A stretch of DNA of 64,000 nucleotides. Source: Calditrichia bacterium. GTDB taxonomy: Bacteria; Calditrichota; Calditrichia; JAJRVZ01. The translations under genes were made by a program, and so were the position numbers. Below are positions 31,535 through 41,732 of the stretch, piece by piece; the stretch's first letter is position 1, and every line of letters begins with the position of its first letter. The notes below the pieces were generated by a model. The model searched no databases. It saw only the letters and a list, made by a program, of their open reading frames with translations, and had not been told where the DNA came from. Where the stretch lies: positions 864,001-928,000 of the forward strand of contig CAWCNS010000007.1 of the NCBI GenBank assembly GCA_963796965.1. The letters are read 5' to 3'.

Positions 31535-32356
31535 TTAGAGTTGCTCAATCACTTTTTTCATAATCTTTGTTAGTTTTGGTTCGGCATTGTTAGCCGTTTC
31601 TATAATCTCCGCAATGTTAACCGCCTGCAATGTTTCCGGAACACATTCATCCGTAATCACCGATAAACCCAACACATTCAAGCCGCTATGGACGGCAACA
31701 ATATTTTCTGGTACAGTGGACATGCCCACAGCATCGGCACCAATGATACTGAGAAATTTATACTCGGCCTTGGTTTCAAGATTTGGCCCACTAACAGCCA
31801 CAAAGACACCTTTCTGCAGAGAAATTCCTTCTTCTTTTGCTGCGAGATTGGCCAGATTGATCATTTTTTTTGACCAGGGTTCAGACATATCGGGAAATCG
31901 AGGTCCAAATTCGTCCAAGTTTGGTCCAATAAGAGGATTATCACCGAGTAAATTGATATGATCCTCAATTATCATAATATCACCACGGTTGAATTCGGGA
32001 TTCATTCCACCACAAGCATTCGAGATTAGCAGATTCTTTATCCCTAGCCTTGCCATAACACGTACAGGGAATGTGATCTGCTTCATTGAATAACCTTCAT
32101 AATAATGAAAACGACCTTGCATGGCTATAACAGATTTTCCAGCCAATTTTCCTATGATTAACTTGCCCTCATGTGTTTCCACTGTAGAGAGAGGAAAATG
32201 AGGAATATCTTTATACGAAAGCGTTATCTCGATATCAATTTCCTGGACAAGTCCACCCAATCCCGTGCCCAAAATAATACCAATCTGCGGTTCTATACTT
32301 GTATGAGACCGAATATATTCAATCGCATTATCAATTTGCTGAACATATGATTCCAT
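31535..32356 (-). CDS. punA: Purine nucleoside phosphorylase (trimeric type)
   Basis: GIILGTGLG, QGRFHYYEG, GPNLET, GADAVGMSTVPE. Confidence 0.92.
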   Translation of the reverse strand: MESYVQQIDNAIEYIRSHTSIEPQIGIILGTGLGGLVQEIDIEITLSYKDIPHFPLSTVETHEGKLIIGKLAGKSVIAMQGRFHYYEGYSMKQITFPVRVMARLGIKNLLISNACGGMNPEFNRGDIMIIEDHINLLGDNPLIGPNLDEFGPRFPDMSEPWSKKMINLANLAAKEEGISLQKGVFVAVSGPNLETKAEYKFLSIIGADAVGMSTVPENIVAVHSGLNVLGLSVITDECVPETLQAVNIAEIIETANNAEPKLTKIMKKVIEQL

Positions 32357-32380
32357 TAATTTTCCTTCGAAAAGATCAGC

Positions 32381-33016
32381 CTAATTATCTTTTTTCTTCA
32401 GATCTTTTTTTAATTCTTCCTGTTTCTTCTGTTGTTCCTTTAGTCTTTTTTTCTCTTCCTCAAGACGTTGTCTTAATTTGGCTTGACTATCCTGATATCG
32501 TGACTCGCGTATTTCATCTACAGCATCTTCTCTATCACTTTCACTACCCTGTATACCGAAATAAACGCCGCCCAGGATACCTAAACCAGCCATGGGATAT
32601 ATTGGTGCAATATCTGCATCCTGGGAGTTTGCAATAGCAGCTACCCCAAACCCAACAGCAGCCCCCAGGACAAAACCACCTAGCCCATAAGCTAATGTCT
32701 TTGAAATACCCTTGGCATCACTTATTTGTTCATCTGTTATTTCTTTACCCTGCAAATCATATACTTTATCTGCTTTCGCAATCGCCTTCACCTTTTTTAC
32801 ATCAAGATATTCAGGTTTCTGACTGTCAGCATCCATATAGAGTAATTTGTCACCTTCTTTTTTTAGAATCACACCCCGCCTTGATGATCCGTCAACCATC
32901 TTGATCTCTACAGATGCACCAATGGGCGGTTTATCAATTCGTATAGAAGATCCACTACAACCGATAAAAATATTAAACAAACTAATGAGTAGAACACCAG
33001 TAATTATTTTTCTCAT
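32381..33016 (-). CDS. Hypothetical lipoprotein with glycine-rich TM pair and C-terminal coiled coil
   Basis: Lipobox FIGC; GLGGFVLGAAVGFG and GLGILGGVYFG; charged heptad tail. Confidence 0.7.
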   Translation of the reverse strand: MRKIITGVLLISLFNIFIGCSGSSIRIDKPPIGASVEIKMVDGSSRRGVILKKEGDKLLYMDADSQKPEYLDVKKVKAIAKADKVYDLQGKEITDEQISDAKGISKTLAYGLGGFVLGAAVGFGVAAIANSQDADIAPIYPMAGLGILGGVYFGIQGSESDREDAVDEIRESRYQDSQAKLRQRLEEEKKRLKEQQKKQEELKKDLKKKDN

Positions 33017-33034
33017 GGCGTCTATCCTTTCAAG

Positions 33035-33733
33035 TTATTTGATAAATGTCTCCATATCATCTCCAAAAACATCCCGAAACAGATTTGTACCATCTTCCTT
33101 TTGTTGGGGATTAATTCCCGCTTCAGGTGACTTAGTTACCTCAACTTTTTTCTGTGGTTGCTTCTCAGGTGGCACTGACGGTTGAGGCATATGTGGTTTT
33201 TTCAGTTCAACAGGTTTTGGTGTGCCCTCATTAGTTGCTGAAAAAACCTTTTTTGTTCTATCTTTCAGTTTACCTAAATCAGAATCTTCTATCTCCAAAA
33301 CATCCATTAGCTCCAGTTGAGATGTCAACACATGACGCAGCCTGGTGATCAATGATTGCTTTTGTGTCTGAAGGGTTATAACCTCTTCTTTCATATTATC
33401 CCGCTCACGTCGCGCTTCTTCAACCATTTTCTGCACTTCAAGTTCTGCTTCCTTGCGCATCAGAACCGCTTCTTTTTTTGAATTTTCTAGCGATTTGTCT
33501 GAAGTTTGTTGCACATTCATCAAAGTTTGTTTTAAAGTACTCTCGACCTCTTTAAACTTGCTCAATTCGGATTCCAGGGCAATAATCTTTTTATCATATT
33601 CACGAACATCCTGAAGCAACTTCTCAAATTCATTACCAACCATTTCCAGGAACGTATCCACTTCTACAGTATCATAGCCGCGCATGCCTCTTTTAAATTC
33701 CTGCTGTTTTATTTCCATTGGTGTTATTTTCAC
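33035..33733 (-). CDS. divIVA: DivIVA domain protein
   Basis: ITPMEIKQQEF..GMRGYD..EVDTFL followed by coiled coil; GTG start after GAGGAGG. Confidence 0.88.
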   Translation of the reverse strand: MKITPMEIKQQEFKRGMRGYDTVEVDTFLEMVGNEFEKLLQDVREYDKKIIALESELSKFKEVESTLKQTLMNVQQTSDKSLENSKKEAVLMRKEAELEVQKMVEEARRERDNMKEEVITLQTQKQSLITRLRHVLTSQLELMDVLEIEDSDLGKLKDRTKKVFSATNEGTPKPVELKKPHMPQPSVPPEKQPQKKVEVTKSPEAGINPQQKEDGTNLFRDVFGDDMETFIK

Positions 33734-33795
33734 CACAGACCTCCTCGTTACCGCCAGAATCATTAGTAAGTTTTACCGACACAAATATTTCATCA

Positions 33796-33884
33796 CTCGC
33801 AAAGACGCTAAGACGCAACGATTTTTTGTCTTTTGTCTTTTTTCTTTTGTCTTCTGACAAGTTGCGACTTTGCGTTTTGGCGAG
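33796..33884. repeat. Inverted-repeat element between yggS and divIVA
   Basis: CTCGCAAAGACGCTAAGACGCAAC ... GTTGCGACTTTGCGTTTTGGCGAG. Confidence 0.7.
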
Positions 33885-33961
33885 AGAATTTTACAATAAA
33901 ATCAGATCAATATTTTCCAATATTGGCTATCAAAAATTGCTTATTACTATTAAACCATTAC

Positions 33962-34660
33962 CTAAATCATTTCCCGTGGCCCGAAAATTGCCGTACCGAT
34001 CCTAACCAGATTACTACCTTCATTTATAGCAATTTCAAAATCATCACTCATCCCCATGGAAAGAGTGGTCATATTGATATTATTAGACTCATACTTTTTT
34101 AAATAATCAAATGAGTTTCTCAAGCTGGCAAAACTTTTTATGATCCTACCCCTATCCTGTGTTAATGGACCGATAGTCATTAACCCAGTCAAATCTACAA
34201 ACTCCCTTTTTTCAATCTCTTCACAAACATCTTCAATCTGCTCCAACTGAAAACCAAATTTTGTAGATTCGCCACTGGTATTAACCTGAAGCAATATCTT
34301 ATTCGTAATATTTTTCTGCTCTCCCAGGCTATCCAATTTCTTGATGAGGTTTATACTATCAACAGATTGAATTAATTCAACCTGCCCCACGATCTTATTG
34401 GCTTTATTACCCTGTAAATGGCCAACCATATGAAATTGTATATCCGAGCCCACATTTGAAATCTTGCTTAGCAATTCTTGAACGCGGTTCTCCCCAAATA
34501 TTTTAATTCCGGCTCGTTGTGCGTCATAGATTTTCTCAATAGGTTGTCTTTTTGAGACCGCAACAACTGTAATATCGCCTTCGGTTCTTCCCGATTTCTC
34601 AGCTGCGCATGCGATTAATTTTCGCACGTGTGCTACATTATTTTTTATAGTTTCTTTCAT
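33962..34660 (-). CDS. yggS: PLP homeostasis protein (YggS family)
   Basis: VAVSK, FGENRVQE, HMVGHLQGNK, LSMGMSDDF, VRIGTAIFG. Confidence 0.95.
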   Translation of the reverse strand: MKETIKNNVAHVRKLIACAAEKSGRTEGDITVVAVSKRQPIEKIYDAQRAGIKIFGENRVQELLSKISNVGSDIQFHMVGHLQGNKANKIVGQVELIQSVDSINLIKKLDSLGEQKNITNKILLQVNTSGESTKFGFQLEQIEDVCEEIEKREFVDLTGLMTIGPLTQDRGRIIKSFASLRNSFDYLKKYESNNINMTTLSMGMSDDFEIAINEGSNLVRIGTAIFGPREMI

Positions 34661-34819
34661 GACCAGAATCAATAAAGTTAACATATATGCCGTTTAAATG
34701 CAATGGATTCAAAAGGGCTTATTTTTAATATTTTTAATTGTTTCCGAGGCAAACATACAGTTTGTCCCTACGTCCTTTACGCCTCACGCTCTACGCCCTT
34801 GCCTATACGCTACACGTAA

Positions 34820-35134
34820 TTACGTTCCCTGTTGAAAGCCCATGTTTTTTGTTTTATTATCGATCCCCTTTAATTTAATTTCACCATATTGTTCTTCATA
34901 CTTTTTAATATTATCCTGCAAGGCCATCAAAAAGGATTTTGCATGTTGGGGTGCTTTTATGACCCGTGTATAGACCTTTGCCTTCGGTTTACCCGGTAAA
35001 ACACGGGCAAAATCGAAAATAAATTCTGCCGGTGAATGGGTTATCAAGACCAGGTTGGAATAGATGCCTTCAGCTTCGGCATCACCTAACTCAATATTAA
35101 TCTGTTGCTGACCCTGCTGTGGTATTTTGTTCAT
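34820..35134 (-). CDS. DUF3467 family protein
   Basis: GIYSNL..ITHSPAEFIFDF, PQHAK. Confidence 0.85.
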   Translation of the reverse strand: MNKIPQQGQQQINIELGDAEAEGIYSNLVLITHSPAEFIFDFARVLPGKPKAKVYTRVIKAPQHAKSFLMALQDNIKKYEEQYGEIKLKGIDNKTKNMGFQQGT

Positions 35135-35385
35135 TACTATCTCCTTTGAAGTTGTTTACAATTTTCATTTTTAATAAATTCAGTCTGGATGCCGGCTACC
35201 CGGCTCTCGGTTTTGGTATGTTCTCCCGGTTATGACATATCTCAGATTGTATTTAGCAATTTTTTGATTGAGGTATAAATAATCCATATTTTAAAATAAT
35301 CAAACCAGTAGCGAGTGCAAAGAACCGAGCACCAGGATCCAATTTAGAAACGCCTCATACACAAATCAAGTAAGGTAAGTGGTCA

Positions 35386-37188
35386 GTGTCACGTATACCC
35401 GAAACTAAAATAGAAGAGATCCAGAGCGCCAGTGACGTTGTGTCCGTGGTTTCACGATACGTGGCCTTAAAAAAGGCTGGTAAAAATTTTAAAGGGCTCT
35501 GCCCTTTCCACAAAGAGAAAACACCCTCATTCATCGTTAGTCCGGAAAAACAAATCTATCATTGCTTTGGCTGTGGTAAAGGCGGAAATGTATTTAATTT
35601 TCTGATGTCAGTAGAAAACATTTCCTATATTGAGTCGATCCGCCGGGTTGCCTCTGATCTAGGTATCACACTTCCTGATTATAGACCTGCAGATCAAAAA
35701 GCAGCAGATACTGAATATGATCATTTCTACCATGCCAACCAAATCGCCAGAGAATATTTTAGCCATTCTGTTTCCAACCCGGCCAGACAATATCTACAAT
35801 CACGCAAGCTGAAACAAGAAACGCTGGAGAGATATGCTGTTGGATATGCGGCTAATAAATGGGATGGATTAATTAATTTCCCCAAATATAAATCTATCAA
35901 TCCTGATGTTTATCTGGAATTAGGTCTGGTTCAAAAAAAGGAAGAGACTGAACGATACTTTGACCGTTTTCGTAACCGGATCATGTTTCCATTTTATAAT
36001 TTGTCGGGGCAAATTGTTGGTTTTGGCGGACGCAGAATAAACGAGAATGATCAACCAAAATATTTGAATTCACCTGAATCAAACATATATAAAAAGGGGG
36101 AAATATTATACGGACTTTACCAGGCTATTCCCGCCATCCGTGAGAAAAAAGCAGTCATTATCGTGGAAGGTTACTTCGATCTTTTAAGATTAGTAGATGA
36201 AGGTATTCAGAATGTCGTAGCATCCAGTGGTACAGCTCTTACCGAAGGACAAGCACGGCTGATAAAACGCTATACGGACAAGGCAATTATATCATACGAT
36301 AGCGATGACGCAGGGATAAAAGCGGCTGTCCGCAATAGTCAGATACTTGAGTCCCAGGATCTAACTGTTACGATGGTCGTCATGCCAAAGCCTTTTGACC
36401 CGGATACCTTTATACTGGAAAAAGGCAAATCAGCCTATACAGACCTTCTCAATTTACGAATAATGCCTATAGATTTTCAGTTAACAACATTACAGGCAAA
36501 GAGCAGAAATCTCGCACTTGAAGAGAAACAAATACTTATCGATGAGATGCTGGAAGATTATGTCAATATTCCCAATGATCTAAAAGTAGGGCTATACATA
36601 CATAAAATCGCTGATAAAATGGAAATCGCGGAGTCCTTTCTTATTTCAAGATTTAACGACTTAAAGAAACGAAGCCGTTATAGACCTACAGAGCAGGTAG
36701 AAAAAAAAGAGCCTAAAATTGGAACGATAAACAAAGGACAGTGGCGCGCCGAAGAAGATCTGATTTCAATTCTACTCCTTGATGACAAAGAAGTAGCGAG
36801 ATATATTTTTGATCACATTTCGACCGAAGAATTCGCCAACGATCATTTACGGGAAATATTCGAAATATTGGCCCACCAATGGGAAGAGATGGGCCATTTT
36901 TCCCTCAAGGAACTGGAGAAGGCAACAACAACCGAATCAGGAATGAGCCTTATTTCTAAATTATCTTTACAAGTAATAGAGCAACCGTTAAAATATGCAG
37001 CAGGTTGCCTGTATCGAATGCGGAAGTGGCATCTGGATGTCAAGTACAATGAGATTCTAAAACTTATGAAAGAAGAATCCGCATCAAGTAAATCTAAGAG
37101 CCACTATACAAAGGAGCTTTCAGAAATTAGATTGCTAATTTCAGAGGTAGAGATAGAACGCACAAAAATGTTTAATACCAGTTATTAG
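35386..37188 (+). CDS. dnaG: DNA primase
   Basis: CPFH..KTPSF..CFGC zinc finger, PKYLNSPE, EGYFD, YDSDDAG TOPRIM. Confidence 0.97.
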   Translation: MSRIPETKIEEIQSASDVVSVVSRYVALKKAGKNFKGLCPFHKEKTPSFIVSPEKQIYHCFGCGKGGNVFNFLMSVENISYIESIRRVASDLGITLPDYRPADQKAADTEYDHFYHANQIAREYFSHSVSNPARQYLQSRKLKQETLERYAVGYAANKWDGLINFPKYKSINPDVYLELGLVQKKEETERYFDRFRNRIMFPFYNLSGQIVGFGGRRINENDQPKYLNSPESNIYKKGEILYGLYQAIPAIREKKAVIIVEGYFDLLRLVDEGIQNVVASSGTALTEGQARLIKRYTDKAIISYDSDDAGIKAAVRNSQILESQDLTVTMVVMPKPFDPDTFILEKGKSAYTDLLNLRIMPIDFQLTTLQAKSRNLALEEKQILIDEMLEDYVNIPNDLKVGLYIHKIADKMEIAESFLISRFNDLKKRSRYRPTEQVEKKEPKIGTINKGQWRAEEDLISILLLDDKEVARYIFDHISTEEFANDHLREIFEILAHQWEEMGHFSLKELEKATTTESGMSLISKLSLQVIEQPLKYAAGCLYRMRKWHLDVKYNEILKLMKEESASSKSKSHYTKELSEIRLLISEVEIERTKMFNTSY

Positions 37189-37404
37189 TTATGGTGATAT
37201 ATCACTGGTCCATAAAGCTATAATCATATTCTAAATCATTCTTTACAAGGATAAAATTGGTGACAAAGATCACATCTCAATACATCCTAAGACATTAGTT
37301 TAATTAAAGTTATGATCAATACAAATAAAAATTCTATTGCAGGAATTATATGACCCATAAAAACAGTTACTTAAATAAAAACATTTTTAAAAGCATAAAG
37401 GAGA

Positions 37405-37779
37405 ATGATTGTGGGTGATAGTATTGATGTCCTGATGATTGATGACAATGATCTCCAATTGGAATATCTCACCGATCTCTTAAAAAAACATGGTCTTGTG
37501 GCTCAGACTTTAAACGACAGTACTAAGGCCGTTGATACAATGGTTCAAGTAAAACCTAAATTAGTAATATTGGACCTTATGATGCCGCAACTGGATGGCT
37601 TTTCTGTACTAAAAAGAATGCGGGAGAACAAATCTCTGGAATCTATTCCAGTGATTATTTATACAGGGAAATATTATCCAATTGATGAAAAAAAGGCAAA
37701 AAATTTGGGCGCGAATTCATACCTCGTAAAACCCTTAAAAGGATCTCTACTCGTTGAAGAAATAAAAAAATACATTTAA
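37405..37779 (+). CDS. Single-domain response regulator
   Basis: IDDN, LDLMMPQLDG, T, KP receiver motifs. Confidence 0.9.
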   Translation: MIVGDSIDVLMIDDNDLQLEYLTDLLKKHGLVAQTLNDSTKAVDTMVQVKPKLVILDLMMPQLDGFSVLKRMRENKSLESIPVIIYTGKYYPIDEKKAKNLGANSYLVKPLKGSLLVEEIKKYI

Positions 37780-37790
37780 AGAGGAAAATT

Positions 37791-38681
37791 ATGGCTTCAA
37801 TCAAATTCTGGGGGGTTCGGGGATCAATTCCAACTCCCGGACCATCGACTAGTCGCTATGGTGGCAATACACCTTGTTTGCAATTATTTTATGATGATGA
37901 AAAGTTTTTTATTCTTGATGCAGGATCGGGTATACGTGAACTTGGTCAACATTTAATGAAGCAAGGTAAATCCGTCAATTCTCATATATTTATAAGCCAT
38001 ATGCATTGGGACCATATTCAGGGAATTCCATTTTTTGTGCCTGCATATATCCCTGGTAATCACTTTGTCTTTCATGGTGCCCAGGAAGCAGATTTGTCAC
38101 TTGAGGATATACTTGCCGATCAGATGAATCCGGTAAACTTTCCTGTTCAAATTGATGAGATGTCCTCAAAATTTGACTTTGAACCTATGTACGAAGGAGA
38201 ATATACATTTGATGACATTAAAGTAGAGGCAATCTACCTCAATCATCCAGGATACGCTCTTGGTTACAAGTTTCATGTCAATGGTAAATCAGTCGTCTAT
38301 ATTAGTGACAATGAGCCCTATGCGGTTCATCCGGCAGTACCACATGATACAGATAACCCCGATGAAATTACTTTTGTGGAAGATGGCAATAAACGACTGT
38401 TAAATTTTGCAAAAGATGTAGATATATTTATTCATGATGCCCAATACACACCCGAAGAGTATAAAACAAAGATAAAATGGGGACATTCTCCTTTTGATTA
38501 CACAGTCAAGGTTGCTCTTGGAGCAAAGGTAAAGACATTGGTTATGTTTCACCATGATCCTCTGCATGATGATGCTTTTGTTGATTCCATGGTTGAATCT
38601 GCTAAGAAAATTTCATGGCAGGAAGGTAGCAATATGCGAATTTTAGGCGCTCAAGAGGGTATGGAATTATCATTGGATTAA
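37791..38681 (+). CDS. MBL-fold metallo-hydrolase
   Basis: FWGVRGSIP, GGNT.C, DAGSG, SHMHWDHIQG, HDAQY, GHS, FHHDP. Confidence 0.9.
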   Translation: MASIKFWGVRGSIPTPGPSTSRYGGNTPCLQLFYDDEKFFILDAGSGIRELGQHLMKQGKSVNSHIFISHMHWDHIQGIPFFVPAYIPGNHFVFHGAQEADLSLEDILADQMNPVNFPVQIDEMSSKFDFEPMYEGEYTFDDIKVEAIYLNHPGYALGYKFHVNGKSVVYISDNEPYAVHPAVPHDTDNPDEITFVEDGNKRLLNFAKDVDIFIHDAQYTPEEYKTKIKWGHSPFDYTVKVALGAKVKTLVMFHHDPLHDDAFVDSMVESAKKISWQEGSNMRILGAQEGMELSLD

Positions 38682-41420
38682 TGTGCCTCAAGCCAGTTAT
38701 TACCAATACCAATTTCTACAATCACCGGTACATGTAGCAACATTGCATTTTCCATATTTTCTTTCACTAATTGAGACATTTTATCTATTTCTGCAGCAGG
38801 AACTTCAAAAACAAGTTCATCATGAACCTGAAGTATCATTTTGCTCTTCAATTTCTCGGATTTTATTTTTCTATTTACATCAATCATTGCCATCTTTATC
38901 ATGTCCGCGGCACTGCCCTGAATAGGTGTGTTAATGGAAGTGCGCTCAGCGAACTCTCTCAGCTGTCTGTTTGAACTGTGTATCTGTGGTAAATAACGCC
39001 GCCTGCCCATCATAGTTACAACATAACCATTCATATCGGCCTCAGCAATAGTATTACGCATAAATTCCTGAATCCTGGGATAGGTGGCAAAATAATTAAA
39101 AATAAATTCCTCTGCTTCAGCCACCGATATTTCCAACCTGTTTGCCAATCCATATTTGCTCATACCATAGATAATTCCAAAATTAATTTCTTTTGCCTTT
39201 CGCCTTTGATCGACATCGACTTCATCGATAGGAATGTCAAACACCAATGCAGCAGTAGCCGTGTGAATATCGAGGTTTTGTTTAAAACTATCCGCCATTT
39301 TATCATCACCAGACAAGTGAGCCATGATGCGCAGTTCAATTTGAGAATAATCAGCGCTCATGATGAGTGTGTCCGATTCTGCTGGTTTGAAAGCTTTTCG
39401 CATTTCACGGCCTATCTCTGTCCGAATTGGAATATTTTGCAGGTTTGGATTTACGCTGGAGAGCCTACCTGTTGAAGCAATCGTTTGGTTAAAAGACGTA
39501 TGTACACGTCCTGTTGTTGGATGAATCAAATCTGGCAATGCATCGACATAGGTGTTTTTTAGTTTAGCAAGTTTACGATATTCAAGTATGGTTTTGGGAA
39601 GAGGGTGCCCATGGTACCGCTCCAGGATCTGTTCTGATGTGGAATACTGACCCGTCTTCGTGCGCTTTGGCTTACGCATATTAATCTCTTTATGGATTTC
39701 CATTTTATCAAATAGAATTGTGCCAAGCTGCTGTGGTGAATTTATATTGAAGGTCTCACCCGCTTGCTCAATAATAGATTTTTCTAACTCTCTAATTTTT
39801 ATACTAAGTTCTACAGATAACTTTGAAAGCAAATCCACATCCAGGGTTACCCCCTGTTCTTCCATTTCAATTAACACTTCAACTAAGGGCATTTCCATAT
39901 CGTAGAATAGTGATTCGAGACTCAAGATCTTTTAATTTTGGCTTAAAGATTTCCATGAGTTGCCAAGTAATATCTGCATCCTCACAAGCATAATTAAAGA
40001 CGTCCTTACCAGAAATATCTGTCATTTTTTTTTGATCTTTTCCTGTACCAATCAATTCCTCAATACTGATCATTTGATAGTCCAGATATTCGAGTGCAAG
40101 ATGATCAAGGCTATGTTGCCCTGCTATTGCATTCAGCAAAAATGATGCAATCATGGTATCAAAATATAGATTATTCACCCTGATCCCATTTTGTCTCATA
40201 ACCATTGCATCAAATTTTATATTCTGGGCAACTTTTTTATATTTTGTATCTTCAAAAAATATTCTGATTTTCGAAATCACCATTTCCGGATCAATTTTTG
40301 AGTCGGGATGACCCATTGAAATGTAGTAGGCAGTCCCTTCCTGGAAACTTATAGCAATTCCAGCGATCTTAGCTGTAAAGGTGTCCAAAGAATCGGTTTC
40401 CAGATCAAAAACAAAAATTTCCTGTTTGGCCCACAGATCAATGAGACTGTTTAGAGATACTTCATCATTTATATGATGATAGTGTATATTTTTTTCCGAG
40501 AGAACCGATTTTTCTTCATTATCTATACCACTAACCGAAGCATGTACTGAATTAGCCCGTGTAACCAGACGGTTAAATTCCATGTCCTTTAATAGAACTT
40601 CCAGAGCAGATTTATCCCAGGTTTTTAACTGACAATCATCTAAACCACTGTTTAGTTCAACATTATCATCTAAGACCACTAATTCTTTTGAAAGATAGGC
40701 CATTTCTTTGTTTTCAATTAACTTCTGTTTAATACCCACCTTTGAAACCTGATCCACATTCTCATATAAGTTATCAAGGGAGTGGAATTGCTCGAGTAAT
40801 GCACAAGCTGTTTTCTCCCCTACAGACGGAACACCCGGAACATTGTCCGATTTATCACCCATTAATGCTAACCAATCAGTTATCTGTTCAGGATAAATAC
40901 CATATTTTTCTTTTATTTGATTACGATCGAGTATATCAGGGGGAATATTGGGGGATTTTGACATGGTGTAAATTGATATATGATCAGAGACCAGTTGAGC
41001 AAGGTCCTTATCTCCAGAGATGATGTATACTTCCAATTCTTCAGAAGCGTTTTCCCGGGCTAAGGTAGCAATAATATCATCTGCTTCAAATCCTGGTTTT
41101 TCCATAATGGAAAGATTTAGAGTTTCAAGTACCTGACGAAGGCGTGGAAAAGTTTCGGCCATCTCTTCGGGCATTTTTTCTCTTGTTGCTTTATATTCTT
41201 TATATATCTCATGACGAAAAGTAGATTCTTTGGTATCAAAGATTACTGCAAGATAATCCGGTTTTTCATCCTCAATTAACTTAAAGACGGTGTTAAGGAA
41301 GCCAAAAGTTGCGCTTGTATTCTCGCCCTTAGAATTGATGAGTGGATTTCGAATAAAGGCAAAGTAGCTTCTATAGAATATGGCAGAACCGTCAAGTAAG
41401 AAGAATTTTTTAGCTGGCAT
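38678..41420 (-). CDS. polA: DNA polymerase I, frameshifted near 39915-39925
   Basis: 5'-3' exonuclease (EADDII, GDKD, GDKSDNVPGV), 3'-5' exonuclease (FDLET), polymerase (ADYSQIELR, KEINFGIIYG, QVHDE). Confidence 0.96.
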
Positions 41421-41732
41421 GTCATTTCCTTATTTTGATCAGAATGATGCTATAAGAGTTTCGATTTTGGATTTTGGACTTTGGATTTTAGTGTAATTTG
41501 TTAAGAATTGTATTAGTTCTTTATTTATTGATCACAATCCACTCTTATACCAATTGAATATTCCACAATGACTATTGAATATTCGACACACAATACATTG
41601 ATTGTGAATTACGATCAATAGGCGCAATAGATTGTGCCTCTACACATGGCTGTATCCCTTTAAACGTCTCACGTTTGCCGTTTGACATTTCACATTATAT
41701 CATTTACTTATATTAAACAAATCATCGGAACA

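Noticed and set aside
39879..41420. polA naturally split into exonuclease and polymerase genes
   Set aside because: Break falls mid-domain and is repaired by removing one base (KDL-LESLFY)
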